A DNA stretch of 62,405 nt from Acutalibacteraceae bacterium (GCA_045631165.1 JAZQUF010000182.1:1-62405), one strand, 5' to 3'. Shown: positions 8,467 to 17,917, counted from the first letter of the stretch. Numbers and translations are program-made. The notes: generated by a model from the letters alone, not told the origin.

Positions 8467-8541
8467 TGGCACCCCCTGCGGGAATCGAACCCACATCTAA
8501 TCCTTAGGAGGGATTTATTCTATCCATTGAACTAAGGAGGC
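8467..8541 (-). tRNA. tRNA-Arg (anticodon CCT)
   Basis: 75-nt cloverleaf folded by hand: acceptor GCCTCCT, anticodon stem AATCC/GGATT, loop CTCCTAA, T-arm GTGGG TTCGATT CCCGC, encoded CCA. Confidence 0.85.
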
Positions 8542-8652
8542 GTATATGAAGTAATAAGTAAAAGGGAATAGTGAATAGGTTTTTATTTTACCATCCTTTT
8601 AGCTCAAAGTCAATATTCTTCGGCAGAGTACGAAATAAATGTGGTTAAAGAT

Positions 8653-8681
8653 TTGACAATCGGATAAAATTGTATTATTAT
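8653..8681 (+). promoter_or_regulatory. Sigma-A-type promoter upstream of the mrp-like gene
   Basis: TTGACA, 17-nt spacer, TATTAT. Confidence 0.5.
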
Positions 8682-8752
8682 ATAATTTAGTCCGGATTTT
8701 TATTATGATATGTAATTCATAATTCATAATTTTTCGAAAGGTAGTGTTATAT

Positions 8753-9574
8753 ATGAGTGGATGCTCAGGTAACTGTTCATCATGTTCATCAGCTTCAGGA
8801 TGCAAGGATAAAGAAAAGGATATGCACCTTAAGCAGAATGAATACAGCAATATCAAAAAAATCTATGCCGTTGTCAGCGGCAAGGGCGGTGTAGGTAAAT
8901 CATCAGTTACTTCACTTCTTGCTACTGCTATGCAGCTTCGCGGTAAACAGACTGCTGTTCTTGATGCCGACGTAACGGGCCCGTCTATTCCTAAAATGTT
9001 CGGTATTGAAGGTCAGGTTGAAACTAACAATATAGTAATGTTCCCCAGAGAGTCAAGAGGTGGCACAAGAGTTATGTCTGTAAACCTTCTTCTTCCCTCT
9101 CAGGATGCTCCCGTTGTATGGAGAGGACCTGTTATCAGTGGTGTAATTCAGCAGTTCTTCACGGACGTTGCATGGGGCGATGTTGACTATATGTTTGTTG
9201 ATATGCCTCCCGGTACAGGTGATGTGCCTCTTACAGTTTTCCAGAATCTTAAGGTTGACGGTATTATTGTTGTAACAACACCTCAGGATCTTGTTGGTCT
9301 TATCGTAAGTAAGGCTCTCAATATGGCTGAGATGATGAATATTCCTGTTGTTGGTCTTGTTGAAAATATGAGCTATTTTGTGTGTCCTAACTGCGATGAA
9401 AAGCACTATATTTTCGGTGAAAGTAAAACAGAAGAGGTTGCGGCTAAGTTCGGTGTACCCGTTCTGGCAAAGCTTCCTATTGATACAAGAACACCTGCTC
9501 TTGCTGATAAGGGTGCAATAGAGCTCGCTGACACAGATCCTGTTCAGAGTGTTATTGATAAGCTTCTTTCGTAA
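8753..9574 (+). CDS. mrp: Mrp/NBP35 (ApbC) family iron-sulfur cluster carrier ATPase
   Basis: Deviant Walker A VVSGKGGVGKSS. Cys-rich N-terminus SGCSGNCSSCSSASGC. CPNC motif (FVCPNCDEKH). ATG at 8753 preferred over the listed 8744. Confidence 0.85.
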   Translation: MSGCSGNCSSCSSASGCKDKEKDMHLKQNEYSNIKKIYAVVSGKGGVGKSSVTSLLATAMQLRGKQTAVLDADVTGPSIPKMFGIEGQVETNNIVMFPRESRGGTRVMSVNLLLPSQDAPVVWRGPVISGVIQQFFTDVAWGDVDYMFVDMPPGTGDVPLTVFQNLKVDGIIVVTTPQDLVGLIVSKALNMAEMMNIPVVGLVENMSYFVCPNCDEKHYIFGESKTEEVAAKFGVPVLAKLPIDTRTPALADKGAIELADTDPVQSVIDKLLS

Positions 9575-9708
9575 TAATTAGTTTACAAAGGAAATATATC
9601 TCTGCATAACTTCATTAACACAAGTTTTACAGGGATTTGCTTGATTTTTACAACTTAAATCTGTAATCTTATAATAAATGATAATCAGTATTTATAAGGA
9701 GTTTGTAT

Positions 9709-10776
9709 ATGAAAAAAATACTGCGTAGAATTTTAGTGTGTATCCTGATACTCACAGTTGCGGGTGTAGGTGGAGGTATTTACTATTTCACCTATGATCC
9801 TGAAAAGGCAACAATAAACGATAACGGATACGTTACCGATACCGAGGGTATGACTTATACTATGGTAGCCGACAAGGAAGGGTCAACCTATGTTGTTGTT
9901 ACGGATGATGGAGGTAATCGCTATGCTGCAGAGTTTGACGGCACAACTGTCGGCAGTACAGTAGGTGATATCAACGGAGAGGTTGCTCTGGATGATGTGC
10001 CGACAAATTTTACAGGTACTCACGTAGATGTTACAAATGATATCAACAAGTTCCAGGGTGAGGTATCTACAACTCTTCCTACAACAACTGAAAGCTCTCG
10101 TCAGGATGATACCACTACCACCAAAAAGTCGGGTACTACAGACGGAAATAAAGAAGACGTCACAACTACAAAGAAGCCTGAGGAAGATAAGCAGGACAAT
10201 AACCTGAAGGCTTACAGAATTGACAAATATCAGCAGATATTCAAAAACGGTACATATCTTATGAAAATCACCATGAATGATGACAGTATGGGTGATCAGC
10301 CGATAACTATGGCTATTAAAAACGGTAATATGCGCGTAGATATGTCAATGGAGCTTGAAAGTACCTCTATGAACTGCAGTATGCTTTATCTCAAGGGTAA
10401 GGATACTATGTATCTTATCTTCAATGATTGGAAAAAATATTGTAAGATGCCTGAGGATATGATGGGCGAGGATATGGATATCGGAGCGATGATGGAACAG
10501 ATGGGTGATGACGATATCGGTAAAATCACTGTTTCTGAAGTTGAAATCAACGGTGAAAAGCTTATTCTCGAAAGCTATAACAGCACTACAGACGGAACAA
10601 CAGTCAACTATTACTTCGATGGTGATATGCTCGTAAGAAGGGATAATGTTTATTCTGACGGTCATGTGGATTCAACATATTTTGCACAGATTACAACCGA
10701 TGTTCCCGATTCATATTTTGAAATACCTAAAGGCTACAGCTACATCAATCTTGATTGGCTGAGTATGCTCGGATAA
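9709..10776 (+). CDS. Hypothetical membrane-anchored/secreted protein with Thr-rich linker
   Basis: RBS AAGGAG 7 nt before the ATG at 9709. N-terminal TM/signal sequence. Linker TTLPTTTESSRQDDTTTTKKSGTTDG. No motif recognised. Confidence 0.6.
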   Translation: MKKILRRILVCILILTVAGVGGGIYYFTYDPEKATINDNGYVTDTEGMTYTMVADKEGSTYVVVTDDGGNRYAAEFDGTTVGSTVGDINGEVALDDVPTNFTGTHVDVTNDINKFQGEVSTTLPTTTESSRQDDTTTTKKSGTTDGNKEDVTTTKKPEEDKQDNNLKAYRIDKYQQIFKNGTYLMKITMNDDSMGDQPITMAIKNGNMRVDMSMELESTSMNCSMLYLKGKDTMYLIFNDWKKYCKMPEDMMGEDMDIGAMMEQMGDDDIGKITVSEVEINGEKLILESYNSTTDGTTVNYYFDGDMLVRRDNVYSDGHVDSTYFAQITTDVPDSYFEIPKGYSYINLDWLSMLG

Positions 10777-10827
10777 ATTTATAATTGAAAGAGGCTGTTG
10801 CGCTGAGCACAGACCCGAAAGACCTGA

Positions 10828-10867
10828 CAGATGTGTTTAAGATGATTTTGAACACATCTGTTTTTTT
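10828..10867 (+). terminator. Rho-independent terminator
   Basis: CAGATGTGTT / AACACATCTG 10-bp stem followed by TTTTTTT. Confidence 0.85.
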
Positions 10868-10934
10868 GTTGTTACATAGCACTGGAGCAGTCTATAAAGA
10901 AAAATAACTCGGGCTTATTTTTGTGTATAAGTCA

Positions 10935-10964
10935 TTGACTTATATGAGGTTTTGGTATTATAAT
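10935..10964 (+). promoter_or_regulatory. Sigma-A-type promoter
   Basis: TTGACT, 18-nt spacer, TATAAT. Confidence 0.5.
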
Positions 10965-11012
10965 GGACTTAAAAGACAAAAAAGAAAAATTGTCTTAAAA
11001 AGGAGAGAAAAT

Positions 11013-12428
11013 ATGAAAAAACTTTATTTGGACACCAAGGAAAAAATCTACCGTGCCACCGCAATAATTTTTATTGTTCAGCTTTTCGGTGCTCTCGGTG
11101 CAGGATTTTTCTTCTTTTTGCAGAACATATTTCAGACTTATCACATTTTAGGTTGGACAGGCGCAGAAACAGAACCCACACTCTGGTTTATACTCTTTTG
11201 GGCAACTGACTTTTTCTTTGTAGTATTGGCGGTGATAGTTTCTTATCTTATAGCCGGTCTTCCCGGTGTGGCGCCCGCATTGGCTTTGTCACTGTACTTT
11301 GCTCATTTTACTTCAGCGCCTGCTGATGCTGTAAATACATATGTATGCTTTTTTGCAACACCTGAGAATTACGGAAAAGCTACATCTATAGGCTATATGG
11401 GATATCTTATTATGGCAGTAATGCTTGCGCTTCTTATAAAGCTTCTTTATGCAGGCTGGTCAAATCTCAAACCCGTAATAGGCTCAAAAATCGATAAGCT
11501 TCTTTCAAAAATCAAGGCTATACCCGATACAGTAAAGGGTCTCGAGATAATTGAGGGCGTGGATCTTATCGTGCTCATTCTTATTATTCCTGTGGCTTCA
11601 GCAGCAACAACCTTTATAATTATCAAATACGGAATACAAATACCTTTTGCTGCTATTGCAGAGTCTCTTGGAAATACTCTTAATGCTGCGGCTGAAAGCA
11701 ATATTGTTGCAGCGGCTCTGATTATGGGCCTTATGGTCGGCTTTGACCTTATAGGACCGGTTTCACTTGCTGCTTTCTCAGTTGCCACATCAGCTTATCT
11801 TGCAACAGGCAATGCACAGCTTATCACAATTTACAGCGTGTGCTTCATTGCAACCGGTTGGACAGCTTTCTTCGGTGTTCTTCTCTGCAAGATATTCAAG
11901 AAGGGCAAGACCGATACAGATGATATGAACTTTGCTACATCAGGGCCTATCAATGCGTTTTTTGAAAACATCAAGCTGACAACAGCATTCTCAATGCCTC
12001 TTGCTTGCAGAAGTCCTTTTACAGTTATTCCGGGACTTATGGCCGGCTCTGCTGTAGGCGGTGTTTTAACAGCTCTTTTCGGTATAGTCAATACTGCTTA
12101 TACAGACGGTTCACTTCCTGTATATGCTACTGGTAACTATACTTACGGCAATGTAACCTACACGTTTGCTGAGCTTTTTGAAAGAGGCGAAATCTATATG
12201 AGCTTCACTCTTCCTCTTCGTTCGGGTGATTGGCTCACCTGCCGACTCCCCTTGTTTGCTATTATTATAGGATGCGCAATTATAGGCGGATTTGTGATTA
12301 TGCTTCTCAAAGAGGGTGAATACCGATTTATGTCAAAGAGAGGTATGTTCTTTGAGCCTAAGGGTGACTTTGTTCTTGAAATGCGTGAGCATGGCAAGAA
12401 GCTTGCAAAACAGCTCAAGGGCGAATAA
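11013..12428 (+). CDS. Polytopic membrane protein, distant PTS EIIC (fructose family)-like
   Basis: RBS AGGAGA before ATG 11013. About 10 or more TM segments. YLIAGLPGVAP and GFDLIGPV resemble the Fru-family EIIC motifs IADRPG(L/F)(A/V)P and FDMGGPVNK. No IIA/IIB gene adjacent. Confidence 0.45.
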   Translation: MKKLYLDTKEKIYRATAIIFIVQLFGALGAGFFFFLQNIFQTYHILGWTGAETEPTLWFILFWATDFFFVVLAVIVSYLIAGLPGVAPALALSLYFAHFTSAPADAVNTYVCFFATPENYGKATSIGYMGYLIMAVMLALLIKLLYAGWSNLKPVIGSKIDKLLSKIKAIPDTVKGLEIIEGVDLIVLILIIPVASAATTFIIIKYGIQIPFAAIAESLGNTLNAAAESNIVAAALIMGLMVGFDLIGPVSLAAFSVATSAYLATGNAQLITIYSVCFIATGWTAFFGVLLCKIFKKGKTDTDDMNFATSGPINAFFENIKLTTAFSMPLACRSPFTVIPGLMAGSAVGGVLTALFGIVNTAYTDGSLPVYATGNYTYGNVTYTFAELFERGEIYMSFTLPLRSGDWLTCRLPLFAIIIGCAIIGGFVIMLLKEGEYRFMSKRGMFFEPKGDFVLEMREHGKKLAKQLKGE

Positions 12429-12440
12429 TAAGGATAAAGA

Positions 12441-12480
12441 TAAAAAACAGCTGTACCGAAACGAAGCGGTACAGCTGTTA
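12441..12480. terminator. Bidirectional terminator between convergent genes
   Basis: AACAGCTGTACCG / CGGTACAGCTGTT 13-bp stem with A-run upstream. Confidence 0.8.
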
Positions 12481-12855
12481 TCATATGTTTTTTATTTTGT
12501 CGAGATGATTTTTTATGGCGTTGAAGCTTTCTTCAGAAAGAATATGCTCAATTTTGCAAGCGTCTTCCGTAGCGGTCTCTTTAGAAACACCTAAAAGAGA
12601 AAGTAATTCTGTAAGTATCGTATGTCTGCTGTAAAGTCTTTCTGCAATTTCTTTTCCGGGTGGCAGAAGAACGATAGAGCCGTCACCCAAAACGTCTATA
12701 TAATTGTTTTCTCTGAGGTTTTTCATAGCGACGCTTACGCTGGGCTTTGAAAAGTTCAGCTCGTTGGCGATATCTATTGATCGTACACTGCCGTTTTTTT
12801 GTGAGAGCATCAATATAGTCTCAAGATAGTTTTCTGCCGATTGTTGTATCTTCAT
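12481..12855 (-). CDS. DtxR/MntR-family metal-dependent transcriptional regulator (short form)
   Basis: N-terminus SAENYLETILML..GSVRSIDIANELNFSKPSVSVAMKNL is the typical DtxR winged-helix. Confidence 0.8.
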   Translation of the reverse strand: MKIQQSAENYLETILMLSQKNGSVRSIDIANELNFSKPSVSVAMKNLRENNYIDVLGDGSIVLLPPGKEIAERLYSRHTILTELLSLLGVSKETATEDACKIEHILSEESFNAIKNHLDKIKNI

Positions 12856-12917
12856 ATAAGTTCTCCTAAGTGGTTATAAAATAATTATATCATAATAAGA
12901 TTATTTTTTCAAGTTTG

Positions 12918-14303
12918 TTAATCTACAACAGAATTCAGCCATACACCCTTCTTGACGAAGATATAGCCCAGAAGACATTTAATGATATCGGTGCTCAGAA
13001 TTACAGTGTAGAGATATACGATATCAATATCGGTAAAACGGCTGAGTGCAAATGCCAGAGGTACATTGATAAGCCATACAAAGCCACTGTCAAAAATGAA
13101 GGTGATAAAGGTTTTTCCTCCTGAGCGTAAGGTGAAATAACCTGCATTGGTGCCTGCCTGAATTGGCATAAACAGTGCATTGAGCAGAATAAGATATGTT
13201 GCCAGGTGTCGCACTGAATCATTGGTATTATATATTTCAGGGAACAGAGGTGCAAACGCAGACATAAGTGCAGCTATGATGATAACTGCTGTTACGGAAA
13301 AAAGGAAGAGCTTTGGCGCAGCAAATTTTGCCTGCTCTTTTTCTCCTGCACCGAGCATCTGGCTGAGAATAATACCAATTGCACATCCAAAAGCAATAAA
13401 GGCAACACCGAAAACATTGCTCAGGGTGGAAACGATATTTATTGAGGCAACAACGTCAAGCCCTCTTATAGAATAACACTGGTTAAGCGTTGCTATGCCT
13501 GCAGACCAGAGAGTTTCATTGAGAAGCAAAGGAAGCATAACAATGGTAATTTTTTTGATCTGAGCTTTTGTTATGGTGAAACGGGTGAAAAGTCCCGGGA
13601 TGAATTCGTATTTTTTCTTGTGGGTATGAGACCATATTACAAGAATGGCAAGCTCAATAAATCTGGAAAATACGGTTGCGATAGCAGCGCCGTTAATACC
13701 GAGCTCAGGAAATCCGAATTTGCCGAAAATAAGCAGATAGTTGAATATAAGATTGACAAATACTGCAGACACTGTTGCGACCATAGGAATAACTCTGTCA
13801 CTGGTTTCTCTCATAGTTCCGGCATAGGCCTGAGAAAGTGCGAAAGGCACAGTTCCTATAAGCATAATTTTAAGATAGCTTTTGCTATAAGTCATAACAG
13901 CGGCTACATCTGCAGGAGTACCATCTCCACGGAGATATGCCGATATGAGAGCCTCGCCACAAAAGATAAACACACATATGCCTATTACCGAAATAATAAT
14001 GCTGCTTATAAGCTTATATTGAAGAGTTGAACGCATTCCGTCATTATCTTTTTTTCCGTAGAACTGTGCTGTGAAGATACCTGCGCCGGACATTGCACCG
14101 AAAATACAAAGATTGAAGACGAATATAAGCTGATTGACAATAGAAACGCCTGTCATTTGCAAGGTTCCGACTCTGCCTACCATAATGTTGTCAAGCATAC
14201 TGACGAAGTTGGTAATACCGTTTTGTATCATTATAGGTATGGCAATAAATATCATTCTTTTAAAATACGGTAAGGATGCTTTTATGTTTTCTTTTAAATT
14301 CAT
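12918..14303 (-). CDS. MATE-family efflux transporter
   Basis: 12-TM protein with MATE-like N-terminus (IPIMIQNGITNFVSMLDNIMVGRVG). Start moved to MNLKEN (14303), which has RBS AAGAGG; the listed ORF extends to 14330. Confidence 0.8.
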   Translation of the reverse strand: MNLKENIKASLPYFKRMIFIAIPIMIQNGITNFVSMLDNIMVGRVGTLQMTGVSIVNQLIFVFNLCIFGAMSGAGIFTAQFYGKKDNDGMRSTLQYKLISSIIISVIGICVFIFCGEALISAYLRGDGTPADVAAVMTYSKSYLKIMLIGTVPFALSQAYAGTMRETSDRVIPMVATVSAVFVNLIFNYLLIFGKFGFPELGINGAAIATVFSRFIELAILVIWSHTHKKKYEFIPGLFTRFTITKAQIKKITIVMLPLLLNETLWSAGIATLNQCYSIRGLDVVASINIVSTLSNVFGVAFIAFGCAIGIILSQMLGAGEKEQAKFAAPKLFLFSVTAVIIIAALMSAFAPLFPEIYNTNDSVRHLATYLILLNALFMPIQAGTNAGYFTLRSGGKTFITFIFDSGFVWLINVPLAFALSRFTDIDIVYLYTVILSTDIIKCLLGYIFVKKGVWLNSVVD

Positions 14304-14327
14304 AATATGACCTCTTGTGTTATTGCT

Positions 14328-14364
14328 CAAAAAAATTCGCTAATACGTTGGCGTATTAGCGAAT
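14328..14364 (-). terminator. Rho-independent terminator of the small secreted-protein gene
   Basis: ATTCGCTAATACG / CGTATTAGCGAAT 13-bp stem with a T-run on the minus strand. Confidence 0.85.
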
Positions 14365-14385
14365 AAGGATTGTTGTGGTTTTATA

Positions 14386-14703
14386 TTAACCAAGAACACC
14401 ACTGTTGAGAAGATTGCCGATTACATCGTTGAGAGTAACGCCAATAACTCTGAGCCATAAGTCGAACTGGATATAAAAGTCACCGAGAGCTTCATGGAAT
14501 CCGTCGAAATAAGGCACGAATGCTTCAAGCTTGAAGAAATCAGATATTGCCATAAACACATCATTGAGTGAAGGTGTAGAGCCTGTGCTGGGCAATATTG
14601 TTTCGGTACCGCCGGTGGTGAATGAACCGTCTGCAGCTGATGCTGTAACAGCGATTGACATCATAAGAACGAGAACTAAAACTAAGCTTAAAATCTTTTT
14701 CAT
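14386..14703 (-). CDS. Small secreted hypothetical protein (105 aa)
   Basis: RBS AAAGGAG. Signal peptide ending ASA-AD. Own consensus promoter and terminator. Confidence 0.65.
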   Translation of the reverse strand: MKKILSLVLVLVLMMSIAVTASAADGSFTTGGTETILPSTGSTPSLNDVFMAISDFFKLEAFVPYFDGFHEALGDFYIQFDLWLRVIGVTLNDVIGNLLNSGVLG

Positions 14704-14737
14704 TGCTTTTTACTCCTTTTATTAATATAGTGTAAGA

Positions 14738-14766
14738 ATTATAACAAATATCGGAGCAATATGCAA
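14738..14766 (-). promoter_or_regulatory. Sigma-A-type promoter for the small secreted-protein gene
   Basis: On the minus strand: TTGCAT, 17-nt spacer, TATAAT. Confidence 0.6.
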
Positions 14767-15007
14767 CAGTTTTATGTAAATTTAAGGACATCAGAGGTCT
14801 TTTTATTTATTTGTTTAATTAATTAACACTTAGATTACACAAATGAATTGTTTCTTTTCCGGAGCTGCAGTAGGATACAGCTCCGGTATAGTGACTGTAA
14901 AGGGGAGATAACCGGCTTTTCGCGGAGATGGAATTAATATCTCACCGGTTGCCTTATACAGTAAAGCGAAAAACGCCTGTAGTTTATTTTATGCTCTTAA
15001 GCAGACA

Positions 15008-15037
15008 TTGACATAGAGGGAGTTAATGGGATATAAT
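15008..15037 (+). promoter_or_regulatory. Sigma-A-type promoter upstream of mtnN
   Basis: TTGACA, 18-nt spacer, TATAAT. Confidence 0.6.
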
Positions 15038-15128
15038 AAAAAACAAGGTTAATTGTCATTTAAACCTATGCTTATTTAATAAAATGAGTAAAAAAATCAA
15101 AAGTTTACTTTGAAAGGAAAATTTTACT

Positions 15129-15845
15129 ATGAATAAAACCGTAGGCATACTTTTTGCAGATATTATGGAATACGGTCCGTTTTTACAGTGGGCAAAGGAA
15201 AATTCAGGTGTTGAAAGTGTAAGAAGAGGAAACGATTCGTGTGCAGTCAGACTCGAAAAGGACGGCAGGGTACTCGATATAATCGGTGTCAGATGCGGCA
15301 TCGGTAAGGTAAATGCTGCTTCTGCTACAGCTTTCTTAATCGGTGATGACAAAGCTGATATTATTCTTAATGCAGGACTTTCCGGTGCTGTGCAGAAGCT
15401 CAGAAGAGAAGATATGATTGCAGTGGAAAGCTATGTTGAGTGCGATTATGATCTTACAGCAATAGGAAAGCCTTTAGGTGTTAAGGCTGACGGACAGAAA
15501 TATATTTACTCTGCCGATGAAAAACTTATGTCCTATGCGCTTATGAGCGAGGGCATTATCAGAGCAAAGGCAGGCACAGGTGATATATTCCTTACCGATA
15601 AGGTTAAGAAGGAGCTGTATAAGGATACCTTCGGTATCGAATCTTTTGATATGGAATCAGCTGCTATTGCCGGTGTATGCGATAAGTGTGGTGTACCGAT
15701 GCTGTCTCTGAGAAAGATAAGCGATGATGCCGATGATGCTTCTGTTGAGGATTACAGAGAAATGAACAACAGACAGGAGTCCTGTCTGACAGAGCTTCTT
15801 GCAAATATCTTTTCGAGAATTATCGAAGATTCTTCACAGTGGTAA
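15129..15845 (+). CDS. mtnN: 5'-methylthioadenosine/S-adenosylhomocysteine nucleosidase
   Basis: PNP_UDP_1 fold motifs GIGKVNAASATAFLI and ESFDMESAAIAGVC. Length 238 aa. Confidence 0.8.
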   Translation: MNKTVGILFADIMEYGPFLQWAKENSGVESVRRGNDSCAVRLEKDGRVLDIIGVRCGIGKVNAASATAFLIGDDKADIILNAGLSGAVQKLRREDMIAVESYVECDYDLTAIGKPLGVKADGQKYIYSADEKLMSYALMSEGIIRAKAGTGDIFLTDKVKKELYKDTFGIESFDMESAAIAGVCDKCGVPMLSLRKISDDADDASVEDYREMNNRQESCLTELLANIFSRIIEDSSQW

Positions 15846-16032
15846 TCAGAAAAAAGTGACAGAAGCATTAAAAAATCTGATATTTAAGCCAAATTCCCCT
15901 TGAAAAAACTGCAAAATCAGAGTATAATGATATTATTATTGCGGTACTTTAACCTTTTTTAGGGCGTAAACGAAACCTGACATATAGTTTAACCTTATAA
16001 AAGCTAATAAAACAAAGGAATGGGGAGTTATT

Positions 16033-16905
16033 TTGAAAGCAGATTTACATTGCCATACGAAACTTTCAGACGGTACATTAGGTATCGACGACATAATTAT
16101 TCTTGCGAAAAATAGCGGCGTTACAACTCTTGCAATTACTGACCATGATTGTCTTGCAGGTACAGTCAGAGCTTCTATTATAGGCGAAAGACACGGAATT
16201 ACGGTGATTCCTGCTGTTGAGTTTTCTGCTACAGATGGCAAGAGAGGTGCTAAAGCGCACATTCTCTGTTATCTTCCCGACAAGCCCGAGAGACTCGAGG
16301 GCCTTTGCAAGAGCAATTCCGATAAGAGAAAAAGAGCCGCAAGAATTATGATAGCGAAGGTGGCAAACAAATTCCCTGTTACCCCTGAGCTGATTATGAA
16401 ATGTGCAACAGGTTCAACAAATATATATAAGCAACACATTATGCAGTCTCTTATGGAGTGTGGATATACCACAACAATTTTCGGCGATTTATTCAATATG
16501 CTCTTCTCTAAAGAGTCAAGAATGAATGTGCTTATGGAATGTACATATCCGGAGCCTGCAGAGATTATTGAAGCTATTCATGAAGCAGGCGGTATCGCTG
16601 TGCTTGCTCATCCGGGCTTCTATAATAATTTTGAGCTTTTAGAAGAGCTCATTCCTCTGGGGCTTGACGGTGTGGAAGTATGGCATCCTGAAAATACACC
16701 TGAACAGCAGGAGCTTCTTATTGGTATTGCAAAGAAAAACGACCTTCTTATGACAGGCGGAAGTGATTTCCATGGTGCATATAATGCTTATCCTGTAAAG
16801 ATAGGCGAATATGGTCCTGATGAAGCAAATGTAGCACAGCTTCTGTCATACAAGGCTAAAAAACGCAGAAAGCTTAAAAGACAGGCTGCTGCAGAAGCAA
16901 AATAA
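16033..16905 (+). CDS. PHP-domain phosphoesterase (TrpH/YciV-like)
   Basis: TTG start after RBS GGGGAG. Motifs DLHCHTKLSDG, AITDHD, LAHPG, GGSDFHG. Lys/Arg-rich C-terminal tail. Confidence 0.8.
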   Translation: MKADLHCHTKLSDGTLGIDDIIILAKNSGVTTLAITDHDCLAGTVRASIIGERHGITVIPAVEFSATDGKRGAKAHILCYLPDKPERLEGLCKSNSDKRKRAARIMIAKVANKFPVTPELIMKCATGSTNIYKQHIMQSLMECGYTTTIFGDLFNMLFSKESRMNVLMECTYPEPAEIIEAIHEAGGIAVLAHPGFYNNFELLEELIPLGLDGVEVWHPENTPEQQELLIGIAKKNDLLMTGGSDFHGAYNAYPVKIGEYGPDEANVAQLLSYKAKKRRKLKRQAAAEAK

Positions 16906-16927
16906 ACACTACAAACGGAGTTAAAAC

Positions 16928-17497
16928 ATGAGTGAAAACGATGTAAGAATTTATGTCAGCAAAAAAGAAATGAATAAGAGTGCCTCGGAGTTTATCGGTA
17001 ATTTTGATGCAGTAATGTGTCAGAGAGCCAATGGCAATATTGATAGAGCGCGTAAATTAGGTGCAACACTTGCAACTATTGCTCCTACGAGCGACGGTGA
17101 GGGTATTTTTGTAAATCTTAAGGATCATCTGTCACCGAAATTCTTTGTGCAGGATATTCTTTATCAGGTGAGAGTTCTTCTTGTTTTTGCCTGTGAAACT
17201 CTTCTTCAGATTGAACTTCCCTCAGAGCTTTTGTCAACAACGGCAATAGCCTCTATGTATGATGCAATGGAAAAGGATATGCCGGGCTTTTACAGTAATA
17301 TAGCTAACGGTGCGGCATTTACCTTCTATTACCTTGCCATACAGAAGGGCGGAGATATTTCCGAAAACATCGGTGAAGCCTTCGCTATGCTTTGCTCTGT
17401 GAAGAACAAAGACAGCTTTGTCCTTGCCGGTAAGACAGTCTGGAATCTGGCTGTGGATATAATCGAAAAGGAAATCGAAAAGGCTGAAATTAAATAG
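16928..17497 (+). CDS. Hypothetical protein (189 aa)
   Basis: RBS ACGGAG, coding-like composition, followed by a hairpin. No motif recognised. Confidence 0.55.
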   Translation: MSENDVRIYVSKKEMNKSASEFIGNFDAVMCQRANGNIDRARKLGATLATIAPTSDGEGIFVNLKDHLSPKFFVQDILYQVRVLLVFACETLLQIELPSELLSTTAIASMYDAMEKDMPGFYSNIANGAAFTFYYLAIQKGGDISENIGEAFAMLCSVKNKDSFVLAGKTVWNLAVDIIEKEIEKAEIK

Positions 17498-17508
17498 TTT
17501 GTAATCCG

Positions 17509-17532
17509 GCGGGCATTATTATGCCCGCTTTA
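17509..17532 (+). terminator. Weak hairpin terminator
   Basis: GCGGGCAT / ATGCCCGC 8-bp stem followed by TTTAT. Confidence 0.5.
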
Positions 17533-17554
17533 TGTATAAAATCTCACATATTCT

Positions 17555-17917
17555 ATGGAGGATAATATGAACGTTAATGACATTAAAGAAATTCTTGGTG
17601 CTGAAGTTATTTGCAGAGCCGACCTTTTGGAAACACCGGTAAATGCTGCATGCGGCAGCGATATGATGAGCGATGTTCTTGCTTTTGTTAAGGAGCAGGC
17701 CGTTCTTCTGACAGGTCTTGTTAATCCTCAGGTAGTGCGCACTGCCGAAATGATGGATATGCATTGTATAGTTTTTGTCAGGGGTAAACGCCCTCATCTC
17801 GATATGATTGAAATGGCTGAGGACAGAGATATGGTTATGCTTTGCACTGAGCTTGAGATGTTTACATCCTGCGGTAAACTTTATTCGGCAGGCTTGAGAG
17901 GAGGCAGCGGAAAATAA
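17555..17917 (+). CDS. DRTGG-domain protein
   Basis: Motif LLTGLVNPQVVRTAEMMDMHCIVFVRGKRP. Start may be the second ATG at 17567. Stop overlaps the next start (TAATG). Confidence 0.7.
   Translation: MEDNMNVNDIKEILGAEVICRADLLETPVNAACGSDMMSDVLAFVKEQAVLLTGLVNPQVVRTAEMMDMHCIVFVRGKRPHLDMIEMAEDRDMVMLCTELEMFTSCGKLYSAGLRGGSGK

Noticed and set aside
15038-15128. SAM/SAH riboswitch in the mtnN leader
   Set aside because: The leader is only about 85 nt, very AT-rich and lacks the conserved S-box or SAH-element helices.
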